A stretch of 64,000 nucleotides of DNA, taken from contig NW_002060945.1 of NCBI RefSeq assembly GCF_000150275.1, positions 7,631,684-7,695,683 of the forward strand. Reading direction: 5' to 3'. This stretch comes from Trichoplax adhaerens. Lineage: Eukaryota; Animalia; Placozoa. The position numbers and the translations under genes are program-made. The notes beneath the pieces are model-generated. The model made no database searches. It was not told where the DNA came from and saw nothing but the letters and a program-made list of their open reading frames with translations. Of the stretch, positions 54,550 through 64,000 are shown one piece after another. Position 1 is the first letter of the stretch. The number at the start of each line of letters is the position of its first letter.

Positions 54550-55192
54550 GTACTGTACTGTACATTACAGCATGTTATACAGTACTATATGAAACATGTT
54601 GATTTCTTGTTATGATGCTACTGATTACAGTACTTCACTTGTCGAGTACAGTGTATAGTACGGTACACTGTAGCAGAAATGGACTGTACTGTACCGTACC
54701 GTAGTCTACAGTGTATAGTACTGTACACTGTACCACAAAGGCATTGCCCATACAGTACTGTACTGTATTGTACAGTACAGTACAGTACAGTACAGTACAG
54801 ACTGTACACTAGAGTACAGTACCATACCGTTGTCTACAGTGCGCAGTACTGTACACTGTACCACAAATAGCGTTGTTGATTCCCTAGTACAGTATACTGT
54901 AGTATAATGTTGAATGTTATGGCAAAATTGTTGAACATAAATAACTTAATGTTAAAAATCTCGATAAAGCTTCTAATTAATTATTTGAAAACTATTCATA
55001 CAGTACTGTACAGTACTGTAGCAGGATTAGAATGCACCAAAACGATCACCACAGTCTTCAGTGTTCACTAGGCTCGCCTTGAGTATGGTACTGTACTGTA
55101 CACTGTACTGTACTCGATCACTTAGTGGACCGTAATCAAATGACACGAACGAGGCCATCGATGGACAGTCATTGTACGGTACTGTACCGTAA
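54550..55192. repeat. CAGTA/TACTG palindromic motif cluster upstream of the RETREG-like gene
   Basis: (tacag)6 run at ~54771-54800; 26-bp near-palindromes at 54647, 54707 and 54835; perfect 22-bp palindrome tacagtactgtacagtactgta at 54999-55020. Confidence 0.85.
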
Positions 55193-55340
55193 AATAAATA
55201 TGCACCAGTAAGTTTTGCGACAACCAAGATTTTTTTCCATGACAAAAGAAAAACATTTGTAAAGACTTTTGGACAAGCGATTTCTAAATTAACTACTATC
55301 AAATCAAGAAAAAGTGCAGACCACTGTGAGATATTGTAAG

Positions 55341-58300
55341 ATGGCTATGGAAACGCATGTAGGATCCAATCCATCATTACCCACCGATGATGAAAACGAT
55401 CTTCAAGAAGCAGTAGAAGAGGAATGGATACGCTTGTCCAAGTATCTCCATCAATTTCAGCCTGAAATACAATACTTGCAAGACGTATTGACATGGAAAA
55501 ATGCTCGCCATTCCATGGCTGTATTTCTCATCATTAACAGTGTTTTCCTATGGTAAATGCATGCTGTAATAGTAAATCCATTGATATGGACTCGTTGATA
55601 TGTAGTGCTATTGCTTGATAGCATCAGGCTAGTTTACTCTATTGGATGTATTCTAAGCTATAAATTGATACGCCACGGATTCATGGCTTGTTTTGTTTAA
55701 TCATTTTTATTTATCCTATGCCTATTGACTATTCCTGTTAGGTACAGTAATACTATAGGACAACGAATTTTTATTATATCACTAACGACGACATCGCTTT
55801 CCCTTTCTTTGCCACAAATTGAACAGAAAATGACTAACCGAATGAATTTAGGTAGGATTGAATACAGGACGATGAAAGTTTTACACACCCTTGATAATTA
55901 GAATTTCTTACTTGTCTGTGCGGTTATGATATTGTAACTTACAATTTGAAAGAACATGAACAAGACTAAAGTACTTCTCAAGTGATGAGTGATACCATTA
56001 CTTTATATGTATATTTATATATGCATAGATACTAGTTGTTTAATGAATTTTACAGTATCGTCATGTATTAAAGCGAGCAGAAGATGCAATAATGTTACAA
56101 ATAGCATTTTGTGATTCAAGATGCGATAGTTTGTTAGGAGTGTTAGCGTTTTCCACTGTGTTGACATTTACTGTCAACTGTACTACTCACAAAGTAGAAG
56201 TGTAGTTAAGTAGAATTCTGCAATGTCAGTGAGGTGGAATGAAACCCTTTTAATTCACTGCTACACTCGTGCAAGAATAGTCCGTATAGAAAATGTTAAT
56301 CACACCTTTTTCCTCCTTCCTAGGATGGAAAGAATTCTACAATCAGGTTTTATCTCGGTAAGTTGTAATCTAAAAAATGCCTTACTTTTGTTGTGCTTTT
56401 TGCGTGTTCGTAACCAGAAATATTGTACAGATAACTAAATTATTCTGTTGAACTGGGTGTTTATTTAATCTTGATGAATACATTATCTCTGATTACGTCA
56501 CTCATCATAAGGCAATTTTAATCGTTGAACTTATCGAATGGCCGTCAAATAGAATTACTTTCTACAAATACTTATTTTTATTTACGTGTTAAAACTTCAT
56601 CTCTTTAATCCTCGCAAATAATGCGTTCTAAAGAATGCCTTAAATAGAGCATATTTTTAATTACCAAAGATAACATTGTTAGTCCAGGATATTGTCGGTA
56701 TTACACCCCATCTGAATGCCGGTTTTATTAAGATTGATACAATTGAACATTAATGTGTCGTTGACTAATGCAAGGGTAGATCGTGATCTCGCTAATGAAT
56801 CATTTCAGATTTCATTTACTATAGCAATTTGAATCTCTAAAAGTGATAGAATCGGAAGTATCCCGACATCACCACATTTGAGTATTGTACAGTACTGTGC
56901 TATGCACACAAACGATTAAAATGTCCTTATATTAACTACCCGATAATTACTAGAGGTATTGAAATGTTGTCGCCTGCATATAAGAATAATTGAGTAGAAC
57001 TTTTAGTCATTAAAAATTAATTTCTTTGTTCTGAATTTAATGCGTATTTCTTATCCTGTAGACTTGAGACCGAAGAGCAGTTATTTAACATCGACAAAGT
57101 TAGTCAACTATCAATTCGTTACAAGGAAATTGTAGTTGCCTATGTCCGATCCAGAAATGTTCAACCGTTACAGGTATTGTTGCTACGTATAGGTATTTGA
57201 GCTTATGTAAACATGATGTTGCAGTGGAAACGTTAACTTATAGAAAAAAACAATATCCTGCTAATCATTCTATCTGATTGCCTTTTTGTCTCTTTCCTAC
57301 CTAGTTTTGGAGTATCCTGATAGCCTCTACCTGCACGGTATACGCTTTACTTTATCATATTACGAGAAAACTACTATTAGGCTATGTGCTTAGTAAGTTT
57401 TTCATACCAAGTTGAAACAATTCAATTGGAGACCGAAATTAAAGCATTGATTTATTATTTTCTTTTGCTATGGCAGGTATAACACTATTTTTTACACCAT
57501 ATATCATCCACCATCAAGTATTGAAACGACTAGTTGATTTCTTACCTAAATTCATAGATAGATATAGTAAGTTCTCAGGCCATCATGACAATCATATTTA
57601 ATTTACTTAATTATGATAGCTTAGTAATTGCTTGTTCTTGGTTAACAATTTAGGTAAGCCTGACGCTAGTCAAGACGGTGAAACGTCAATCTTTGCGGTA
57701 GATTCGAGTGCACTGTGCAAAGAAACAGATGATCAGGTTATGGCCAGTAGTCTTGTTTCAATTGGTGAATTTGAGCCCTCAGGCCTAAATAGCGTCAATA
57801 AAGGTAATAACTGAAATATAGCAATTACCTATGAATCTACTAGAATTGTACTGAAGTGGCACAATCTTATTTCGGTATATTAATGGTATTATTTATTTCA
57901 GAATCTGATATTGAAGCGGAAAGCGAAGAGATTTCAAACTCACAAATTGTAGACAATCCACCAGTTGCACCCCAACTTTCGCAACAAAGTGATATTGGAA
58001 ATCCAGATATCGATTCTTTACATGAGTTTTACCCAATTATAGATGCAAACGGCGATGATTCTAAAAGTGATTTACCTCGCGAAGACAGAGAGAGGCTAAC
58101 AAAGGAAGCATTAGATCCTGAAACAGATTCATTATTAGATTTCTATCCACCCGGCTTGGACCGTGTAGATTCTGCCAAAGTGCATAGGCTAGAAACTCAT
58201 AAAGAAGTTCCCGAAAATAGTCAAGATCATACTGAACAAGGTCAAATGGAAGAAAGTGACCACACTTCTGCTAATGATATAAATGATTACGTAATAGTGG

Positions 58301-58629
58301 AGCCTGTAGACGATCAAGAAATCTGCGATAGTTACCAACCAGCTATATCTCAAAATCTTTTTCCAATTACAACTACTGTAACTACAGCACAACCATCTAA
58401 TGTATCTGTGGAACAGCTAGGCGTACGGGCTCATGAATCCAGTAATTCACCGTTATTAAATTCATCCTTTTCTACTTTTGAAAATGAGATTAGTAGTGTT
58501 TCTACTGCAAATCTTAGTGATATGACTGTATCAAATTATGGTAATAACAGTGAAAATGGCAGCACTCAAATTAGTACACGTAACGATGAATATGAAATTA
58601 TTAAACATTCGGAAGTCAGTCAGGAATAA
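55341..58629 (+). CDS. Reticulophagy regulator (RETREG/FAM134)-like ER-phagy receptor, ~507 aa
   Basis: Exons 55341-55552, 55742-55851, 56324-56357, 57062-57173, 57305-57392, 57477-57566, 57654-57803, 57902-58629 (1524 nt, in frame). Reticulon-homology start LQDVLTWKNARHSMAVFLIINSVFLW, second hydrophobic hairpin FWSILIAST...LGYVLSITLFFTP, long acidic tail ending in LIR-like DEYEIIKHSEV (cf. FAM134B DDFELLDQSEL). Confidence 0.8.
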
Positions 58630-59343
58630 TGTCTTGGGAGAGTTGGTTATAAGAAAAGGTTACAGTAACCGTTACAAGAGGAATACTTTTAATATACTAT
58701 CTTAATGCACGCGTTTATGTATATGTGCCACTGATGCATATTTTTAAAACCACTATTATGTAATCCATGATACATTTATTATATTATTGATTGAGCATAC
58801 TGTAGCTATAAAGATACTAATGCCCATTTTACATTGCAATTTATCATTTATGGCTTTGGCTTCCTAAAACGAATTATACTCATTATGGTACCGTGATCGT
58901 GAAATGTTTTTCATAAAGGTCCGGATGATTTCTACTCTGAAGCTACTTTATACGCGAAGTGATTTTGCTTAGATCATGTATGATATCAAAATTTGTAAAT
59001 ATGGTATAAATTCTCGGTCATTATTACTAGCAAACCCTAAAAACCTATATGGTGAATATAGCGTTTCTTAAACTGAATTGCCAAACTGAATGTAGCGCTG
59101 AAACTACTGTATTGCAAATAAAATAAATTTCATCATTGATGAACTTCATAGATTTACTACGTAGCTGATACTATCGTAATGATGGTGAGGTAAATACACT
59201 GGTATACATCGTTCCTACACATACAAAATGATACAATGCATATTAAAAGTCTATCTAAAAGCTCCGTAGTAAAAGGAGAGGGTTAACAAGTCAATGAGAG
59301 ATCAAAAAATTTCATTAATTTAAAGTCTTTTCGTAATTATTTC

Positions 59344-59349
59344 TTTATT
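59344..59349 (-). terminator. Candidate polyadenylation signal of RPL37A
   Basis: AATAAA on the - strand about 60 nt downstream of the stop codon. Confidence 0.55.
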
Positions 59350-59410
59350 AGTGTCTTGCAGTCATATATTCAAAAGCAAACAAATGTTTCCTGTTCGAAA
59401 AGGTATTGCT

Positions 59411-61193
59411 CTAGATTTCTTGTAATCCTCGAAGACGACGAATGGTACTTCTTGCTGTTACAGCGGCAACGGTGCTACATTCAAGAAAGGAACAACTTTT
59501 AGAGAATATTTCTAAGCACACTTTTACTGCCTTGATATCACGTAGTAACCCAAAAAGAAATTTAAAAAGATACAACAATTTACAGTATAGTTCCTACCTT
59601 GGTACGTATGCACCACCAGCAACTGACTTATTACACTTTCGGCAATTCCAAATGCCAACATTACTTCGTGCTAATACGCACTATAAGTATGAGATACATT
59701 TGTATTACAAACAGCCAAATATAATGTATTCAATATATATTGGTCAAATGTAATATCACTAGATGTAAAAAGTTGAGTTCATTAATTAAATAATCAAAGT
59801 TATGAAGCTTACCTTTCCACAAAAACTGCATGGATAGCGCTTATGTTGAGAAATTTCAATTTTCTTTATCATTTTTCTTAATGAAGCACCGTAACGTGTG
59901 CCGTACTTTCCTACAACACCAACTTTTCGTGTACGCTTGGCCTATAGGAATTACACAAACATGTAACCATAAAAGAATAGGTTAATGTCTGTCTAACATA
60001 CAGCACAGCATAGTACACATCCACACACATATCCATTTACGTAGGGCGCAGTACACTCGATGCGCTCATTCTCAGCTTTAAATAACGCAAAGTTCTTGAC
60101 AACGATTATCGTAACTATGGCCATCTAAAACTATTGCCAGCGATTATACGCGTAAACATCAGACATTGATAGTCATCCCTACAGAAGTAATTCGTACAAT
60201 ACTAATACGATTCTAATGTATCTGATGGAATACTGAATACTGTACGGCATAAAGCAAAAAAATTTGGATAGCTACACTACTGTGGTATACTACAGCATAA
60301 CTACATAAAGAGTTATCTAAGCTGTAGCAACAGTTACAAAAGCGTTAGTGTGATTATTGATTATTATAATTATAAAGTAATTGCCGTCGTCTAGGATTAA
60401 AGGGTTAATACTACCGATATGATGTACAAATACTAATGGCATATATGCACAATAAAGTTCCTGAATTGACAGAACGATATACGATGAATGATATATGTAT
60501 GAAGTTATTTCACCTCCAAAGTGTGATCACCAATATTCTAGTTAAAGTAACGGCAACAAGTAAGAGTCTAACAAGACTAGCATTTATTCCACTTAGGCTA
60601 AATCAGGGCGAAAATTTCTATCTACTGCATCAACATATCATGGGCAATATGTGAAATTGTCCATGATCCACATCACAAAGGATCTTTGATCTCTAGTAAT
60701 CTTTCTGAAAGTTATATGGGGCATTTAATTATGCTCTAAACTAATCCTACTTCATTTTTAAAATCCAATACATCTCAGGAAAGGATATAACGTGAAGCTT
60801 TCTAGTATTACATCGATTGGAATCCGTATTACGTTCATCGTAGTCTATTCAACCTTTCTAAGCTCATTTGAATGTTCAGATAAATTGGAAATACATACAG
60901 ATACATAGTTGATCAGCTTAGTTATAATATATTATCTTCCACGTAGTAAGTAAAACTAGTTGGGTTAACACGAAGATAGTACAACCGGCCCGAGAACGGC
61001 ATTGCAAATGGCGTCCGATAGCCAAGAGCAAAGAAGTCAAATTTTATCAGTCAATTTCAATACTACACATTGATAATTTCAAAAAATAATTGCTAAATAA
61101 AAGTTTTAACATGTATGGTGCCTATTTTTAAAGGGTAAAATGGCTTCAATGGATACGGATGTCTACGATAGTGATGAGATTGCTACCTACCAT
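59411..61193 (-). CDS. RPL37A: 60S ribosomal protein L37a (eL43), 92 aa
   Basis: Exons 61193-61191 (aaaATG|gtaggt), 59941-59813, 59680-59598, 59474-59411 (279 nt). Protein [92 protein letters not shown], with the four-Cys zinc ribbon intact. Not in the ORF track. Confidence 0.96.
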
Positions 61194-61227
61194 TTTGACT
61201 TGGTTTATCTTACAAAGCCACCACGTT

Positions 61228-61239
61228 GAGAAGGAGGAA
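61228..61239 (-). promoter_or_regulatory. 5' TOP / TCT-type polypyrimidine initiator of RPL37A
   Basis: TTCCTCCTTCTC on the - strand about 35-46 nt upstream of the ATG, as is typical of ribosomal protein genes. Confidence 0.6.
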
Positions 61240-61295
61240 TTTGGCTTGGTGCGCTGCCTTTACAACCGACAGTCTCTTCGTTAGCCTAGTGTCAT

Positions 61296-61452
61296 ACTAC
61301 AGTATACTCTACAGTGTATAGCACTGTAGGTAACTACAGTACAGTACTGCAGTCCATAGTACCATACTGTATAGTACTGTACTGTACAGTACTGTACGGT
61401 TGTGTGTAAAAACTTGGAATACAGTACAGTACGCCAAATTATACGTACTGTA
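61296..61452. repeat. CAGTA/TACTG palindromic motif cluster in the RPL37A-QPRT divergent promoter
   Basis: tacagtgtatagcactgta, tacagtacagtactgcag and tactgtatagtactgtactgtacagtactgtac, starting about 55 bp upstream of the TOP tract. Confidence 0.8.
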
Positions 61453-61615
61453 GGTTGTCAGGCGTGGCGAGTTTGTACATCCGGTGCAGAGCACTTTATT
61501 AGAGGCTCTCATAATCTCTAGTGCTGGCCGATTAAACAGTAAAATGAAAATTTTCATATGACTAAGGAACGACTATTGATTGATCCGCATAGATCTGAAA
61601 CGGTATCAGTTTACG

Positions 61616-62223
61616 GTACTGTTCACTGTACAGTACAGCAAAGTACTGTGATTGACAGTGAGTTCTATAAATTAGGGTACAGTATCTGTCTATTTCATAC
61701 TGTAAGTCCCTAATATGGTAAACTACTGCATTCCATACTGGCAATTACTGTAAACCTGAGTGGCAGTAGTGATGGCTTGTCACTGAAGTTCTCAGTAATA
61801 GCCATAGAAATGTTCTAAAATCTTGATGTTAATTTGGAATGAGATTTCTATTCTCTTTAACTGCATAAAACTTCCTCAAATCGGATACTCGGCCTCCATA
61901 GTTTCTACAGTACTGTTCACTGTACAGTACAGAAAAGTACTGTGATTGACAGTGAGTTCTATAAATTAGGGTACAGTATCTGTCTATTTCATACTGTAAG
62001 TCCCTAATATGGTAAACTACTGCATTCCATACTGGCAATTACTGTAAACCTGAGTGGCAGTAGTGATGGCTTGTCACTGAAATTCTCAGTAATAGCCATA
62101 GAAATGTTGTAAAATCTTGATGTTAATTTGGAATGAGATTTCTATTCTCTTTAACTGCATAAAACTTCCTCAAATCGGATACTCGGCCTCCATAGTTTCT
62201 ACAGTACTGCACACTGTACAGTA
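61616..62223. repeat. Near-perfect 294 bp tandem duplication upstream of QPRT
   Basis: Units start at 61616 and 61910, with a junction remnant at 62204; only 3 substitutions were seen between the copies. Confidence 0.95.
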
Positions 62224-62346
62224 GCCCCAACCACTTTGCATAAATTACTTTCCAATCGTTACATACCGTACAGTACTATAATTGGCGGAGGAAAATGAAC
62301 GAGAAATTGAGGCACTAAAAACTAAAATAAAAATCGACCGGCTACT

Positions 62347-63243
62347 ATGGACTACAAAAATTTAGTATCAAAGGTACTCGTAGAATCACTCGTGAATCAG
62401 TGGATTCAAGAAGATATCCCCAACTTTGATTATGGTGGCTATGTCGTTGGTGAAAAGGTAGAAACAGCTGTACTACTGTGCAAGTCGGAAGGGGTCATTG
62501 CTGGTCAGCCATTTGTCCAAGGTATCTATGATAAGTTGGGCTGCCAAATTCAATGGAAAGTAGAGGAAGGGACACTTATACAACCGATTGCTCAAGTAGC
62601 TCAAGTGCAAGGCCCAGTTAATAAAATCTTGATGGGAGAGAGGATTTCACTCAATTGTATTTGTCGAGCAAGTGGTATAGCCACACGAGCTCGCTATTTG
62701 CATAATTTAGCTAAAAGTGCTCAATGGCATGGTGAAATTGCTGGTACTCGCAAGACAACGCCAGGTTTTCGAACAGTTGAAAAATATTCGCTATTAGTGG
62801 GCGGCATATCAACCCATCGTTTCAACTTATCTTCTATGGTAATGCTGAAGGATAATCATATTTGGAGTGTTGGTAATATTGAAGCTGCTGTCAAAAAAGC
62901 CCGCCAAGCTTGTGGTTTTTCTACTAAGATTGAAGTTGAATGTCGCAGCTTAGAAGAAGGCTGTCAAGCGGCCAAGGCTGGTGCTGATATCATTATGTTA
63001 GATAATTTTGAGCCCGATGCTTTACACCGTTCTGCGGCAGCACTGAAGGTCCATTATCCTCATGTATTAGTAGAAGCAAGTGGTGGTATTACTGTGGATA
63101 CAATCAATTCTTATTTCGTTCCTAATGTCGATGTCATATCGTTAAGTAGTACAATTCAGGGTTGTCCTGTAGTTGACTTTTCATTAAAAATACTGAAAGA
63201 AGGTAGAGATCCATCCAATCCATCAGTAAAGTCATCCTCATAG
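62347..63243 (+). CDS. QPRT: Nicotinate-nucleotide pyrophosphorylase (quinolinate phosphoribosyltransferase), 298 aa, single exon
   Basis: Uninterrupted ORF with GER..LN...[47 protein letters not shown] and EASGGI. The N-terminal [13 protein letters not shown] is of the eukaryotic type. Confidence 0.97.
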   Translation: MDYKNLVSKVLVESLVNQWIQEDIPNFDYGGYVVGEKVETAVLLCKSEGVIAGQPFVQGIYDKLGCQIQWKVEEGTLIQPIAQVAQVQGPVNKILMGERISLNCICRASGIATRARYLHNLAKSAQWHGEIAGTRKTTPGFRTVEKYSLLVGGISTHRFNLSSMVMLKDNHIWSVGNIEAAVKKARQACGFSTKIEVECRSLEEGCQAAKAGADIIMLDNFEPDALHRSAAALKVHYPHVLVEASGGITVDTINSYFVPNVDVISLSSTIQGCPVVDFSLKILKEGRDPSNPSVKSSS

Positions 63244-64000
63244 CGAGCTATATTGGTTTTTACCTAAAGGCGTTATGGAAGTCAGCTGAAGAGATGATCT
63301 ACAGATCTATTTCGCTTGTAGATTATAGTTTTAGCTCAAATTTTCTAAAATATCGTATGATATGGATTAGTGTTCAACACTAGCTTTGATAACATTAGGA
63401 CTTGCTTTTTCTTAATTAACAATTCTATAGGAAGAGACTTGCTGCATATTTATACATATTTCTCAACATCACCAGTTAGTTCTTAATTATACAGCACGTA
63501 AACTGTAGCAAATAAGCCAAGCATTGATCCGGATGTAAATCATTTGATTAGCGTAGAAGAAATATAATCCTTAGATATTTTACTACAAATAGTTATAATA
63601 TCAAATTTGAGTAATTAAATCGATGCAGAATCAGCCAATGGATGTATTTGAATGCTATCAAACGCATACTTAATATCTTACAACTACTATGCTGTTACTG
63701 CGATATTGGAAATGTCTTTACGTGTATTCAGGATGAAAATCAATAGGAATTTTATAGATGTAAATTTTGAAATTACTATCTTCTATGTCAAACATTATTA
63801 CTTTGCCGACGATACTGAAAGGTCAAAGCATATTTAAAGAATTAAATAATTTGGAAGTTCTATGACTTTATCATCAATTCGCAACGAATTGCGAAGATAC
63901 AGTTAGCTGTATTGTATTACCAAAGATGCGAAATTTACCTTTAATTCTTTATGAATAAAATTTTTAGCTATATAACCTATATGAAAGTTCATTTTCAAGA

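Noticed and set aside
54647-54875. CRISPR-like appearance of palindromic repeats with spacers (also considered for the 99-bp and 205-bp arrays)
   Set aside because: Eukaryotic spliced-gene context, no cas genes, irregular spacing, and the intervening sequence is itself repetitive rather than unique spacers.
59442-59753. 103-aa plus-strand ORF
   Set aside because: It is the antisense shadow of RPL37A exons 3-4 and has no independent support.
60600-60680. Box C/D snoRNA candidate in RPL37A intron 1 (GTGATGT...CTGA, 74 nt, sense to the host gene)
   Set aside because: Box C is imperfect, there is no terminal stem, and no convincing rRNA-complementary guide was visible. An Infernal/snoscan search would be needed.
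62347-63243. Bacterial horizontal transfer or contamination as the origin of intronless QPRT
   Set aside because: The N-terminus ([13 protein letters not shown]) and overall sequence look eukaryotic, composition matches neighbouring exons, and the flanks carry the same host motifs.

Overview
AT-rich, intron-dense eukaryotic (animal) genomic DNA. The compact introns and gene set look placozoan-like (e.g. Trichoplax), but that is inference only. I reconstructed all gene models by hand from GT-AG boundaries and reading phase. The middle of the window holds three intact tandem SLC38A11-like amino-acid transporter paralogs (+ strand; 16, 16 and 15 coding exons; each about 508 aa). The right end holds a compact block: a tail-less adducin/class II aldolase-fold gene (-), BLOC1S1 (-) head-to-head with a RETREG/FAM134-like ER-phagy receptor (+), and RPL37A (-, absent from the ORF track) head-to-head with an intronless QPRT (+). 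A possible partial gene runs off the left edge on the - strand. Many low-copy degenerate tandem arrays (60-300 bp units) fill introns and intergenic DNA. The most notable observations are: (i) a palindromic CAGTA/TACTG motif family concentrated at the promoters of the right-hand genes and sparse in the transporter cluster; (ii) a symmetric micro-exon encoding an acidic dileucine sorting signal in all three SLC38 paralogs, plus (G)YxxPhi motifs; (iii) paralog-specific changes in substrate/ion-site helices TM1, TM6 and TM8; (iv) a precise single-intron difference in paralog 3; (v) a head-only adducin. No prokaryotic systems, CRISPR arrays, tRNAs, rRNAs or transposase ORFs were recognised.
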